From: an uncultured Thermomicrobiales bacterium | GTDB lineage: Bacteria > Chloroflexota > Chloroflexia > Thermomicrobiales > UBA6265 | Length of the DNA stretch: 64,000 nucleotides | Assembly: GCA_902806325.1 (NCBI GenBank) | Contig: CADCWE010000179.1 | Coordinates: forward strand, 4,124 to 68,123 | Reading direction: 5' to 3' | In this document: positions 8,729 through 18,428 of the stretch, in pieces | Numbering within the stretch: the stretch's first letter is position 1 | Layout of the letters: every line of letters starts with the position of its first letter | The notes under the pieces: generated by a model | What the model saw: only the letters and a program-made list of their open reading frames with translations | What the model was told of the DNA's origin: nothing | Database searches by the model: none | Made by a program: the position numbers and the translations under genes

Positions 8729-9466
8729 CGTGGCGGCGGCTCTCGCGGCCGATCCGGATCGGGCCTCGGTCGAGCAGCGTGGCGCAGATCACCGTCGCCG
8801 CTTCGGTGACGATGTGCCAGCGTTGGCCGCGGGGCACGGGCCGGAACAGCGTCACCCGCCGCGACCCGGTGGTCGCCAGGGCGTGCTAAATCAGCGTTTG
8901 CATTCGTCCGCCGTGCGGTCGTCGGGTTCGGTCTCGGCTTAGAGGGCCCTGTGCGACGGGGATCCGATCAGTGTCGTCCAACGGCGCCCAACGAGCGCGT
9001 CGCTCGCGTCAGTGTGCCATAGGGGCCGCGCTTCGGCGTCCGCTCGGGGCGCTCCCTGCGGCGCCGAGGCGGTGATCCCCGGCGCCGCCCGCGGTTGGAG
9101 GTCGCGCGCTCATCGATGCGGAGGCTCTCGACCATCACCCCGCAGTGACTGAAGTCGAAGTCGTCGGTGCCGCCGAGGCGGTCCTGCCAGGCCGGGACAG
9201 GGCCGTATTCGGTGGTGATCACGGCCCTGGGGTGGCAACGTTCTAGGCGAACGCCGCGGGCGACGCAACGACGGCGGCCAACGTGGCGGACGGTCTCGTG
9301 CAGTACGGTCGAACGACCGGTCGACAACGAGGCCAGCAGGGCGACGATCACGGCGTCGTGCGGCGGAATGATCCGGTCCAGCAGATCTCGGCCGGCCGGG
9401 GTAGCGACCGATCGTCGCGCATCGGCTGGCCCTCTCCCGTTCAACCTGATTCGGCACCACGAACCA

Positions 9467-10264
9467 CTAGCCCCGGTCGGCGATCACGGCCAGCATCGCG
9501 GCGTGCAGGGCGCCGTTGGTGGCGACGATGCCGGTGCCGTACGGGGCGAAGGCGCCGCCCCGGATGTCGCTGACCTTGCCACCCGCCTCCTCGACCAGCA
9601 GCGACCCGGCGGCCATGTCCCACGGTTGCAGCGGGTCCTCCCAAACCCCGTCCAGGCGGCCGACGGCGACGTAGGCGAGGTTTAACGCCGCCGAGCCGGT
9701 GCCGCGGATGCTCTGGCAGCGGACCAGGAAGCGGCCCCAGATCTCGGCCCGCCCGGTTCGCCGGGCGAGATCGTAGGGAAACCCGGTCGCGAGCAGGGAG
9801 CGGATTAGGTCGTCGGTGCCGGAGACCCGCACGGGGACGCCGTTCAAGGACGCCCCCCGCCCGCGCTCGGCGACGAACAGCTCGTCGCGCAGCGGGTCGT
9901 AGATCACGCCGAGGACGACGGTGCCCGCCCGTTCGAGGCCGATCGAGACGGCGAAGTGGGGGAACCCGTGGGCGTAGTTGGTGGTGCCGTCGAGGGGATC
10001 GATGATCCAGCCGAGGGCGGCGTCCGTCGCCGGGCGCTCGCCCCGCGCCCCCTCTTCTCCCAGGATCCGGTGATCCGGGAAGGCGTCGCGGATGCGGGCG
10101 GCGATCGCGGCCTCGGCGGCGCGATCGGCGTCGGTGACCAGGTCGACGACGCCCTTGAACTGGATGTCGCGGTGCTGGCCGAGCCGTTCGCGGAGGATCG
10201 AACCGGCGTCGCGGGCGGCGGCGATCGCCACCTCGCGGGCGGTCGCCATCGGGGTCTCGCTCAT
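9467..10264 (-). CDS. Inositol monophosphatase family protein (SuhB/ImpA-like)
   Basis: Motifs: VVDLVTDADRAAE, ILGEE, WIIDPLDGTTNYAHG, GSAALNLAYVAVGRLD. Confidence 0.9.
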   Translation of the reverse strand: MSETPMATAREVAIAAARDAGSILRERLGQHRDIQFKGVVDLVTDADRAAEAAIAARIRDAFPDHRILGEEGARGERPATDAALGWIIDPLDGTTNYAHGFPHFAVSIGLERAGTVVLGVIYDPLRDELFVAERGRGASLNGVPVRVSGTDDLIRSLLATGFPYDLARRTGRAEIWGRFLVRCQSIRGTGSAALNLAYVAVGRLDGVWEDPLQPWDMAAGSLLVEEAGGKVSDIRGGAFAPYGTGIVATNGALHAAMLAVIADRG

Positions 10265-11376
10265 CGGCTTCCCAACGGGTGGCGGGGATGAACGTCGAGA
10301 TCCCAGGCGGGAGGCCCGACGGGGTCGCGGCCGAAGAAGGCGGCGGCGGCGACCATCGCCGCGTTGTCGGTGCAGAGGGCGGGCGGCGGCCAGCGGACCG
10401 GGATCGGGGGCACCCTGCCGGTCTCGCTGTGCCGATCCATTTCGGCGCCGAGGCGGGCGCGGAGGGCGGCGTTGGCGGCGACGCCGCCGGCCAGGAGCAC
10501 GGTTCGGGCGCCTTGGGCGAAGGCGGCGCGGACGGTCTTGGTCGCCAGCACGTCGATCACCGCGTCCTGATACGAGGCCGCGAGGTCCGCCACCGGCAGA
10601 TCCGGGCGGAACAGGGGCGGTCGGTGCTCCGGGAACGGACCGGTGGACGGCGCGGGCGGTGGGTCCGGCAAACGGTAGGGGTCGGTCAGGCGGCGGAGGG
10701 CGGTCTTGAGACCGGAGAAACTGAACCCGAACTCCTCGTCGCCGCCCAGCCAGGCACGGGGGAGCGGAAACCGGGCGGGATCGCCGTCGCGGGCGGCGCG
10801 CTCGATCGCCGGTCCGCCCGGGTAGCCGAGGCCGAGCCAGCGGGCGCCCTTGTCGAATGCTTCGCCGGCGGCGTCATCGAGCGTGCCGCCGAGGTGGCGG
10901 TACGCGCCGTGGCCGGTCATCAGGATCAGCTCGGTGTGGCCGCCCGAAACCAGCAGGCAGACGGCCGGGAAGGCGGGCGGGTCGTCCGATTCGCGCGCCC
11001 GATTCCCGTCCACCAGCCAGTTGGCGTAGAGGTGCGCTTCGAGGTGGTTGACCGGCAGCAGCGGCTTGCCGAGGGCGTAAGCAAACCCCTTGGCGGCGTT
11101 GACGCCGACCAGCAACGACCCGGCCAGCCCCGGTCCGTCGGTGACCGCGACCGCGTCGACCCCGTCGCGGCCGATCCCGGCCCCGGTCAGCGCCGCTTCC
11201 ACCACCGGCACGATCGCGGTCAGGTGGCCGCGCGCCGCCAGCTCCGGCACCACCCCGCCGTGGGAGCGGTGGAGGGCGATCTGGGAGGCGATCGCGTTCG
11301 AGCGGACGTGGCGTCCGTCGGCGACGACGGCGGCGGCGGTCTCGTCGCAGGAGGTCTCGATGCCAAGGACATTCAC
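10261..11376 (-). CDS. tsaD: tRNA N6-adenosine threonylcarbamoyltransferase TsaD (Kae1/Gcp family)
   Basis: VNVLGIETSCDETAAAVV...HRSHGGVVPELAARGH...GPGLAGSLLVGVNAAKGFA...VNHLEAHL. GTG at 11376 overlaps the rimI stop by 4 nt (GTGA). The rest of the 631-aa ORF upstream is a shadow of rimI. Confidence 0.9.
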   Translation of the reverse strand: MNVLGIETSCDETAAAVVADGRHVRSNAIASQIALHRSHGGVVPELAARGHLTAIVPVVEAALTGAGIGRDGVDAVAVTDGPGLAGSLLVGVNAAKGFAYALGKPLLPVNHLEAHLYANWLVDGNRARESDDPPAFPAVCLLVSGGHTELILMTGHGAYRHLGGTLDDAAGEAFDKGARWLGLGYPGGPAIERAARDGDPARFPLPRAWLGGDEEFGFSFSGLKTALRRLTDPYRLPDPPPAPSTGPFPEHRPPLFRPDLPVADLAASYQDAVIDVLATKTVRAAFAQGARTVLLAGGVAANAALRARLGAEMDRHSETGRVPPIPVRWPPPALCTDNAAMVAAAAFFGRDPVGPPAWDLDVHPRHPLGSR

Positions 11377-12119
11377 CGCTCGGCCGCCAGTTCGACGCCG
11401 AACGGGTGCAGGCGGTGCGATTCGGCCCCCGGGTCGGCGCCGGGATCGGCATCGGCAGCGGCTTGGACGCGGGCGTGGATGGCGCGGCGGAGCGCGGCGA
11501 AGCGGTGCAGGTTGGCGCTCTCGCGCAGCGACGGCGACCACATCACGTAGGCGTCTTCGTTGTCGTCGCTGTAGTAGGCGTGGCGGGTCCCTTTGACCGT
11601 GAACCCGTACTTGGAGTACAGCCGTTGGGCGGTGACGTTGGAGACCCGGACCTCCAAGGTCAGCCACCCCGCGCCGCGCGCGATCGCCTCCGTGACCAGT
11701 TCCGCCAGGAGCCACTCGCCGAGGCCGTGACCGCGGTGGGCGGGGTCGACGCCGATGGTCGTGATGTGGGCCTCGTCGTAGAGGTGCCACATCCCGGCGA
11801 ACCCGACCACGGGCCCGGCGCTGCCCGTTTTCGGTCCCCGATGGCCGCGCCCGAACGGCGGCAGGCGAAGCCTGGGCAGCGCACCAAGCCGCCCGTGGCC
11901 GTGACCATTGGCGTGCTGGCGCCCAGCGGGATCGCCGTTGTCCGGAACGGCGCCATCGGCACTCGGCTGGCGGATCACCAGGTAGTAATTCTGATCGGGC
12001 AGGCGCAATTCGCGCCGGTACGCGGCCGACGGCCACGGGTTGGAGAAACAGCGACGCTCGACGCGGGCCACCTCCGAAACGTCGTCCTGGCTCATCGGTT
12101 CGAGGCGGTAGCGGGACAC
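11373..12119 (-). CDS. rimI: Ribosomal-protein-alanine N-acetyltransferase RimI-like GNAT, with an internal insert and a C-terminal extension
   Basis: ERRCFSNPWP...YYLV...GFAGMWHLYDEAHITTIGVDPAHRGHGLGEWLL...LEVRVSNVTAQRLYSKYGF. It sits in the canonical position between tsaB and tsaD. At 248 aa it is about 100 aa longer than a typical RimI. Confidence 0.8.
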   Translation of the reverse strand: MSRYRLEPMSQDDVSEVARVERRCFSNPWPSAAYRRELRLPDQNYYLVIRQPSADGAVPDNGDPAGRQHANGHGHGRLGALPRLRLPPFGRGHRGPKTGSAGPVVGFAGMWHLYDEAHITTIGVDPAHRGHGLGEWLLAELVTEAIARGAGWLTLEVRVSNVTAQRLYSKYGFTVKGTRHAYYSDDNEDAYVMWSPSLRESANLHRFAALRRAIHARVQAAADADPGADPGAESHRLHPFGVELAAER

Positions 12120-12231
12120 CTGGGTTTGCTTTCAACGGTCCGCTATCGGCGTTCAACCACGGGGACGATCACGTATGACGTTAGCACCGATGGTGCCAGG
12201 CGGCAACCGCGCGCGATACCGGTCACCGTGG

Positions 12232-12903
12232 TCACCCAACCGCCGGCGCGCCGTGCAGGTAAACCGGTTCCAGCGTCGCGGCGTCGTCCGCGTCACCCGC
12301 CAGAAGGCGGTCCCAGGCGAGTTGGGCGACGGAGGCCGGGCGGCGAACGCGCAGGGCCGGCGGCGACACGGCGGCACCGGCGGCGGCGAGGTCGGCGGCG
12401 AGCGCGGCGGGGAACTCGCCGGTGACGAGGGCCGCCGCGCCGATTTCGATGACCCGCGCCAGCAGTTCCACCGGGGTGCCGTTGCGTGGCGGCGTGGGGT
12501 CGTCCCCTCGGGGAATCTCGGCCCAGACGAGCCGGCCGCGACCGGCGGCGAGGACCGGGACCACAACCCCGTGCCAGGCCCGGTGGGGCAGCGCGGCGGC
12601 GGCCAGCGTCGGCACGCCGATTAGGGGGATACCGGTCGCAAGGATCAGCCCCTTCGCCAGCCCGTGGCCGACCCGGAGGCCGTTGTAGGTGCCGGGCCCG
12701 GCGGCGACGGCAACCGCCGCCAGGTCGGAAACGGCGATGCCCGCCAGGCCGAGCAAGCGATCCACCTGGGCTAACAGGACGCGGGTTTGGTCCCGACCGG
12801 CGGGCCAGAGCAGTTCGACCACCCGGTCGCCATCGAAGAGGGCAACGCCAGCCTGTTCGGTCGAGGTGTCGAGGGCGAGGAGAAAGCGGGCGGCGCCGTT
12901 CAT
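12232..12903 (-). CDS. tsaB: tRNA threonylcarbamoyladenosine biosynthesis protein TsaB
   Basis: MNGAARFLLALDTSTEQAGVAL...AVAVAAGPGTYNGLRVGHGLAKGLILATGIPLIGVPTL. Start at the ATG at 12903. The upstream part of the ORF has no homology. Confidence 0.85.
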   Translation of the reverse strand: MNGAARFLLALDTSTEQAGVALFDGDRVVELLWPAGRDQTRVLLAQVDRLLGLAGIAVSDLAAVAVAAGPGTYNGLRVGHGLAKGLILATGIPLIGVPTLAAAALPHRAWHGVVVPVLAAGRGRLVWAEIPRGDDPTPPRNGTPVELLARVIEIGAAALVTGEFPAALAADLAAAGAAVSPPALRVRRPASVAQLAWDRLLAGDADDAATLEPVYLHGAPAVG

Positions 12904-13193
12904 CGCCTGGCGTGCCGACGGGCTGGGAACGAAGAAGCCAAAACGATCCCTTGGCGAACGGAAGGGCGGGACGAACGAACGGTCCCGGTCCCCCCGTCGT
13001 CGGATGGCGAAGCAAGCGCGGGTCGGCCGGGTCGCGCCCAGTTTAACGCATCGCTCACCGGAGCGTTCCGCTCGGCTGGGACACTGGCGTCGTCGAGTCG
13101 CGCGCGAAGGCGGGTCGAACCCGGCGCACACATTCGGGCAAGCGCGCCGCTCCCCGGACGACGATGGATCGCACCCCACCGGGATTTGCCCGC

Positions 13194-13222
13194 TTGACGG
13201 TCACCGGGCCATGACCCAGAAT
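13194..13222 (+). promoter_or_regulatory. Candidate sigma-70-type promoter for the ABC transporter operon
   Basis: TTGACG (13194-13199), a 17-nt spacer, then CAGAAT (13217-13222). It lies about 70 nt upstream of the permease ATG at 13295. Confidence 0.35.
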
Positions 13223-13294
13223 GGCGCTCCTGGGCAGAAGGCGTGGTCGTGAGCTGTCCCTCGGGCTTCGGTGGTGGCCTCACCGGGGAGAATC

Positions 13295-14251
13295 ATGGCG
13301 AGTACCACGCGGCGAGATCAGGTCACAACCTACCGCGGTCAAACGGTGGTGCGCGGTTCGTCGCGGCGCTCCCGCTTGGACGCTCAGCGAGAATGGGTCC
13401 TCTTTATCCTGTTCATGCTGCCGAACATGGTCCTGTTCGGGCTGTTCACCTTCTGGCCGATGGTCGAGAACGTCCGGCTCAGCACCCAACGGTGGGACAT
13501 GATCTCGCCCGTCCGGCTCGACGTCGGGCTGGATAACTACCGCTATCTGATTGACGATGAGACGTTTCATCGGGTCCTGCGCAACACGGCCTATTTCACC
13601 GTCGCGGCCGTCGGCTTTTCGCTCCTGATCGGGCTCATCGTCGCCCTGTTGCTGAATCAGCCGCTGAAATTCCGAAACGGCGCCCGCGCGGTGGTCTTCG
13701 CGCCGACGCTCCTGTCCGGGGCGGCGATCGGGATCGTTTGGTCCTACATCTTTGATCCGCGGTACGGTCTGATGGCGCAGGTGCTTGGCTGGGTCAGCGT
13801 GTCGTCCCCGGACTGGCTCAACCGCCCCGAATGGGCGATGCCGGCGATCATCATCGTCTACGTCTGGAAGAACATGGGCTTCGCCGCCGTGATTTTCCTG
13901 GCCGGTTTGCAGGCGATCCCCCGCGATCTCTACGACGCGGCCAAGGTCGACGGCGCGAACGTCTGGTGGCGGTTCCGCTCGGTGACCCTGCCGATGCTGT
14001 CCCCGATCAGCTTTTTCCTGCTGGTGACGTCGATCCTCAACACCTTCCAGGCGTTCGACATCATCCGGGTGATGACCCAGGGCGGCCCGGTCGATTCGAC
14101 CAACACGCTCATCTACTACGTCTACGATCAGGGATTCACGTACATCAACGCCGGGCGGTCGGCCGCCGCCGCGCTGGTGCTGTTCGTGCTGATGATGGTC
14201 ATCACGCTGGTCCAACTGCGGTTCGCGGAGCAGAGGGTGCATTATGGGTAG
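13295..14251 (+). CDS. Carbohydrate ABC transporter permease (CUT1, MalF/UgpA-like)
   Basis: Six TM segments. The EAA-loop region is AIPRDLYDAAKVDGANVWWRFRSVTLPML. The ATG at 13295 is preceded by GGGGAG. GTG at 13271 is an alternative start. Confidence 0.85.
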   Translation: MASTTRRDQVTTYRGQTVVRGSSRRSRLDAQREWVLFILFMLPNMVLFGLFTFWPMVENVRLSTQRWDMISPVRLDVGLDNYRYLIDDETFHRVLRNTAYFTVAAVGFSLLIGLIVALLLNQPLKFRNGARAVVFAPTLLSGAAIGIVWSYIFDPRYGLMAQVLGWVSVSSPDWLNRPEWAMPAIIIVYVWKNMGFAAVIFLAGLQAIPRDLYDAAKVDGANVWWRFRSVTLPMLSPISFFLLVTSILNTFQAFDIIRVMTQGGPVDSTNTLIYYVYDQGFTYINAGRSAAAALVLFVLMMVITLVQLRFAEQRVHYG

Positions 14252-15110
14252 GCTCTCCCAGGAACATCAGCGGCGCCTGAACCTGGCCGCGGGCTACCTG
14301 GCGATGGCGCTGATCGTGCTCGTCGTCGGCCTGCCGGTTTGGTGGATGATTTCGGGCTCGTTGAAGACCAGCCGGGAGATCTACACGTTTCCACCGGACT
14401 GGATCCCGCGCAACCCGCGGTGGAGCAACTTCCGGGACGCCTGGCAGTCGGCACCGTTCGATCGCTTCTACCTCAATAGCATCATCACCACGGTCGCCGG
14501 GTCGGCGCTCGAAGTCACCAACGCGACGCTCGGCGCGTACGCGCTCGCCTTCTTGCGGTTTCCGTTCAAGAACGTGGTCTTCGCCATCCTGTTGGCGGCG
14601 TTGATGATCCCGGGCCAGGTCACGATCCTGCCGAACTACGTCTTTTTCGGCTCGACGGTCTACGACCTGATCGGCCAAAGCTGGGTCAACACCTACCAGG
14701 CGATCATCCTGCCCGGGGCCTCCGTGGCGTTCGGCACCTTCCTCATGCGCCAGAGCTTTCTCGGTCTTCCCCGGGAAGTGCTCGACGCCGCGAAGGTGGA
14801 CGGCGCCGGTCACCTCCGCACGCTGTGGGACGTCGTGCTGCCGATGGCGCGGCCGGTCATCGTCACATTCGGGTTGATCTCGGTGGTCGCCAAATGGAAC
14901 GACTACCTGTGGCCGCTGGTGATCACCCAGACCGAGAACATGCGCACGCTGACCGTCGGCATCTCTTCGTTCTACGACCTGGAGGGCAACACCCAGTGGG
15001 GCGTCGTCATGGCCGCCACCGTCTTCGTGATCTTTCCCTTGCTGGTCGTCTTTGTCTTCGTGCAGCGCTTCATCATCGAGGGGCTAACGTCGGGAGCCAC
15101 CAAAGGCTGA
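14244..15110 (+). CDS. Carbohydrate ABC transporter permease (CUT1, MalG/UgpE-like)
   Basis: The EAA loop is LPREVLDAAKVDGAGHLRTLWDVVLPMARP. It overlaps the upstream permease by 8 nt. Confidence 0.85.
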   Translation: MGRLSQEHQRRLNLAAGYLAMALIVLVVGLPVWWMISGSLKTSREIYTFPPDWIPRNPRWSNFRDAWQSAPFDRFYLNSIITTVAGSALEVTNATLGAYALAFLRFPFKNVVFAILLAALMIPGQVTILPNYVFFGSTVYDLIGQSWVNTYQAIILPGASVAFGTFLMRQSFLGLPREVLDAAKVDGAGHLRTLWDVVLPMARPVIVTFGLISVVAKWNDYLWPLVITQTENMRTLTVGISSFYDLEGNTQWGVVMAATVFVIFPLLVVFVFVQRFIIEGLTSGATKG

Positions 15111-15296
15111 TCCGCTCGCGGGATGGCGGCGCGGGTCGGGAACGCGGCGCTTCGTAGACGCTCAACACGTTCCTCGCGGCGTTTGGTAGGATCATCCGGG
15201 GATCGGGGGAAGGATGCCCGATCGCCCGGCGGACGACGGCGGGGCACCGGTTCGGTGTCCCGGGTAACCGGCTCGATCGAGGAGGATCACCGCGTT

Positions 15297-16634
15297 ATGA
15301 CCGGTCAGATCAACCGACGCTCGCTGATCAAGGGCGCCGCCGGGGCGGCGGTCGGCACGGCCGCGCTGGCGGCCTCCAAGCGGAGTAGCGTGTTCGCCGC
15401 GCCGGCGGTGATCCAGGAGACGGGTTCTCAGGTTAACGTGGTGTTCTGGAGCGCGTTTGGCGGCAAGAACGCAGAGGTCGAGCAAGAGGTCATCAAGCGA
15501 TTCAACGAGTCGCAGCAGGACGTCGTCGTCGAGTACCAGTACCAGGGCACCTACGAGGAGACGGCCCAAAAGGTCATCGCGGCCCTGCAGGCGCGTCAGG
15601 CGCCGGACATGGCCGTGTTGTCGGAGGCGAACTGGTTCCGCTTCTACGCCAACCAGTACCTCGCCGCGATGGACGACTTCATTGCCGCCGAGGAGATCGA
15701 CACCAGCGACTACGTCGAGTCGTTCCTGACCGAGGGCCAGCGGCAGGGCAAGCAGTGGTGGATGTCCTTCGCCCGGTCGACCCCGCTGTTCTACTACAAC
15801 AAGCAGATGTGGGCCGAGGCCGGGCTCGAGGATCGGGGACCGAAAACCTACACCGAGTTCTCCGAGTGGGGGCCGAAGCTGCTCAAGAAGAGCGGGAACG
15901 ATGTCTCGCAGTGGGCGTTCCTCCACGCCCCGGCGGTCGACTACCTGTCCTGGCCGTTCCAGGGCACCGTCTGGGCCTTCGACGGCGCCTACTCCGACGA
16001 AGAGTTCAACATCCGGATCACCGAGCCGAACTCGATCAAAGCCGGCGAATGGCTGCGCTCGACCGTGGTCGAGGGGTGGTCGACGGCGTCCCAGGATCGG
16101 ACGACCGACTTCGTCAACGGCGTGACGGCGTCGATCATGCAATCGACGGGAACGCTGGGCACGCTGATCGCGAACGCGACGTTCGAATTCGGGTCGGCGT
16201 TCCTGCCCTCGGAGGTCACGTCCGGTTGCCCGACCGGCGGCGCCGGCATCGGCATCCTGAGCACGTCGCCCGCCGAGAAGCAACAAGCGGCCTTCAAGTA
16301 CATCGCGTTCGCCACCTCCCCGGAGATCACGACCTATTGGTCGCAGAACACCGGCTACATGCCGGTGCGCAAGTCGGCGGGCGCAAGCCCGGAGATGCAG
16401 ACGTTCTACGAAACCAACCCCAACTTCCGCACCGCGGTCGAGCAGCTCGCGATCACCAAGCCGCAGGACCCCGCGCGCCGCTTCATCCCGGCCGGCGACT
16501 CGATCATCGGCAAGGGCCTGGAAGAGATCACGGTCAACCAGGCGGAGGTGCAGCCGACCTTCGAGCGCGTCAAGGCGACGCTCGAAGAGGAAGCCAAGCC
16601 GATCCTGGAGCAGTTGAAAGCCGTCGAAGGCTAG
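15297..16634 (+). CDS. ABC transporter extracellular solute-binding protein (family 1, sugar-type) with a Tat-like signal
   Basis: MTGQINRRSLIKGAAGAAVGTAALAA is a twin-arginine-type signal. The body resembles SBP_bac_1/8. The ATG at 15297 is preceded by GAGGAGGA. No ATPase gene lies in the module. Confidence 0.8.
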   Translation: MTGQINRRSLIKGAAGAAVGTAALAASKRSSVFAAPAVIQETGSQVNVVFWSAFGGKNAEVEQEVIKRFNESQQDVVVEYQYQGTYEETAQKVIAALQARQAPDMAVLSEANWFRFYANQYLAAMDDFIAAEEIDTSDYVESFLTEGQRQGKQWWMSFARSTPLFYYNKQMWAEAGLEDRGPKTYTEFSEWGPKLLKKSGNDVSQWAFLHAPAVDYLSWPFQGTVWAFDGAYSDEEFNIRITEPNSIKAGEWLRSTVVEGWSTASQDRTTDFVNGVTASIMQSTGTLGTLIANATFEFGSAFLPSEVTSGCPTGGAGIGILSTSPAEKQQAAFKYIAFATSPEITTYWSQNTGYMPVRKSAGASPEMQTFYETNPNFRTAVEQLAITKPQDPARRFIPAGDSIIGKGLEEITVNQAEVQPTFERVKATLEEEAKPILEQLKAVEG

Positions 16635-16667
16635 ACGTCCTCCCCGTAGCGAGGAACAACCTCAAGG

Positions 16668-16699
16668 CAGGAAGGCCGGGCACACGCCCGGCCTTCCTC
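16668..16699. terminator. Bidirectional terminator-like hairpin between convergent genes
   Basis: caggaaggccgggc-acac-gcccggccttcctc, a perfect GC-rich stem with no clear T run. Confidence 0.5.
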
Positions 16700-16767
16700 C
16701 GCGTATGGACCGCGAACGTGTCGGTTCCTCGGGTTCGGTGATGCGCCCGGGATGGGAGGTGCGCGGT

Positions 16768-17607
16768 TCAGATCGCCTCCGGGAGCACCTCGTCGACCCG
16801 GTTGAGCACCCAGGTCGGCTGGTCCTCGGGCGGATGAGATTGCAGGATCGCCGGTGTGGTTTCACCGGTCAGGACCAGGGCCGACGCCATCCCCGCGTCG
16901 ATCGCCATCCGGATGTCGGTCGCCAACCGGTCGCCGACCACGACGCAGTCGGCCGCGGTCAGCCCCAGCCGTTCCAGGGCCGCCGCGAGCATGAACGGGT
17001 CCGGTTTGCCGGTGTTTTGCTCGCAGCGGACCCCGGTGCAGCCCTCGATCGCCCCGATCACCGCGGCGGCATCCGGCTCGCCCCGTCCGCTGGGCAGCGG
17101 GCAAAAGCGGTCCGGATTGGTGGCGACGAGCCGCGCCCGGCCGTGGGTGCGGATCGCGTCGAAGGCGATCTGGAGCTTACGGTAGTCGAAGGCGCGATCG
17201 TAGCTGGCGACGACGATGTCGATCTCGGCCGGATCCTCCGACATCCGGACCCCGGCGGCGGCCAGCCCTCGCGTCAACGGCGCTTCGCCGATCGGGAACA
17301 CCGCGGCGCCGGGATGGTGCCGCACCAACCAGCGCGCCATCGTATCGACGGAATTGAGAACCTGCTCCCGCCGGGCCGGCATGCCGAGCCGGGTCAACTT
17401 GGCGGCCAGGTCTTCCGCCGCGTGGGTCGGGTTGTTGGAGAGGAAAAGGACCTGGCGCCCGAGCGAGGCCAGCGCAGCAACCAGGCGCCGGGCGCCAGGC
17501 AGGATCTCCTCGCCGAGGTAGAGCGTCCCGTCGAGGTCGAGAATGTAGCCGGCAAAGAGCCGGTCCGGCCGGACGGTCGACGGCGACGGGAGGGGCGCAA
17601 CGGGCAT
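16768..17607 (-). CDS. HAD-IIA family hydrolase (NagD-like sugar phosphatase)
   Basis: Motifs: ILDLDGTLY, LFLSNNP, TGKPDP, VVGDRLATDI. Start at the ATG at 17607 (MPVAPLP). Confidence 0.8.
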   Translation of the reverse strand: MPVAPLPSPSTVRPDRLFAGYILDLDGTLYLGEEILPGARRLVAALASLGRQVLFLSNNPTHAAEDLAAKLTRLGMPARREQVLNSVDTMARWLVRHHPGAAVFPIGEAPLTRGLAAAGVRMSEDPAEIDIVVASYDRAFDYRKLQIAFDAIRTHGRARLVATNPDRFCPLPSGRGEPDAAAVIGAIEGCTGVRCEQNTGKPDPFMLAAALERLGLTAADCVVVGDRLATDIRMAIDAGMASALVLTGETTPAILQSHPPEDQPTWVLNRVDEVLPEAI

Positions 17608-17824
17608 GGCCACCGGATCGGTCCTCTCGTTGGGGTTGCCGGATCGCGTCCGTCGCGCGGCGGCGGCGGCGGCTGGGAGTGCCTCGCGGTCGCCGGGTGG
17701 AGCATACGCAGAAATGGGACACCGCGGCTTCACGGCCTCCGCCACCCCCGCCACCACGACGATCGTGCCCGTGCCTGGTCGCGACGCGCGGGAGGGGAAG
17801 GTGCCACCGGTATCCCTCTTGCCG

Positions 17825-18355
17825 CTAACCCTCCGAATCTGAGCGACGCGCGGGAAACCCCGCGACCTCGGAGGCGAGGGTTGCCAGCCACGGCGCCGAT
17901 CGCGCGACCGATGGAACCTCCGAAAAGGTCAACCGCCGCCCTCCGTCTCCGGTGTCCTCCAATCGCACCAACCAGTACGCCTCCGGCAGCGCCGACCCGG
18001 CCCGTTCCGGCCACTCGACCACGGTCACGCCGTCCGCCGCCGCCAAGTACGCGTCCCAGCCAACACCGTCGAGGTCGCCTTCGCCCGCCAGCCGGTAGAG
18101 GTCGAGGTGATACAGGCGGATCGGGGCGCCGTCCCGGATGCCGTCGTGTTCGTTGGCGAGGGTAAAGGTGGGGCTTTGGACCGGGCCGGGCACGCCGAGG
18201 CCCTGAGCGATTCCCTGGGCAAGGGTGGTCTTGCCGGCGCCGAGGTCGCCGTGGAGCAGGATCACCGTCCTTGGCGGCACCAGGCGACCGAGGGCGGCGC
18301 CGACGACACGGGTTTGGTCGGGAGTGGTGGTCGTGAGGGTCAATGCGGTGGGCAC
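17825..18355 (-). CDS. tsaE: tRNA threonylcarbamoyladenosine biosynthesis ATPase TsaE
   Basis: LLHGDLGAGKTTLAQGIAQGLGV...VQSPTFTLANEH...LYHLDLYRL. The start is uncertain (GTG 18355 or TTG 18343). The upstream part of the ORF is Pro/Arg-rich junk. Confidence 0.8.
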   Translation of the reverse strand: MPTALTLTTTTPDQTRVVGAALGRLVPPRTVILLHGDLGAGKTTLAQGIAQGLGVPGPVQSPTFTLANEHDGIRDGAPIRLYHLDLYRLAGEGDLDGVGWDAYLAAADGVTVVEWPERAGSALPEAYWLVRLEDTGDGGRRLTFSEVPSVARSAPWLATLASEVAGFPARRSDSEG

Positions 18356-18428
18356 CGGGTTGCCTTCAGGGAATGCGGTCGAGGTTGGCGGCGAGGCGCG
18401 TCGTGGGGGCGGCCGCAGAGAGCCGGCC

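Noticed and set aside
8730-9460. A lower-GC gap containing the 158-aa ORF 8968..9444 (-) and, on the minus strand at about 8730-8890, a cupin-like stretch (ALATTGSRRVTLFRPVPRGQRWHIVTEAATVICATLLD) preceded by an in-frame TAG.
   Set aside because: I recognise no family for the 158-aa ORF and it has no convincing SD. The cupin-like piece is short, interrupted and overlaps the DUF4260 stop. These are probably decayed gene remnants, but I cannot support a call.
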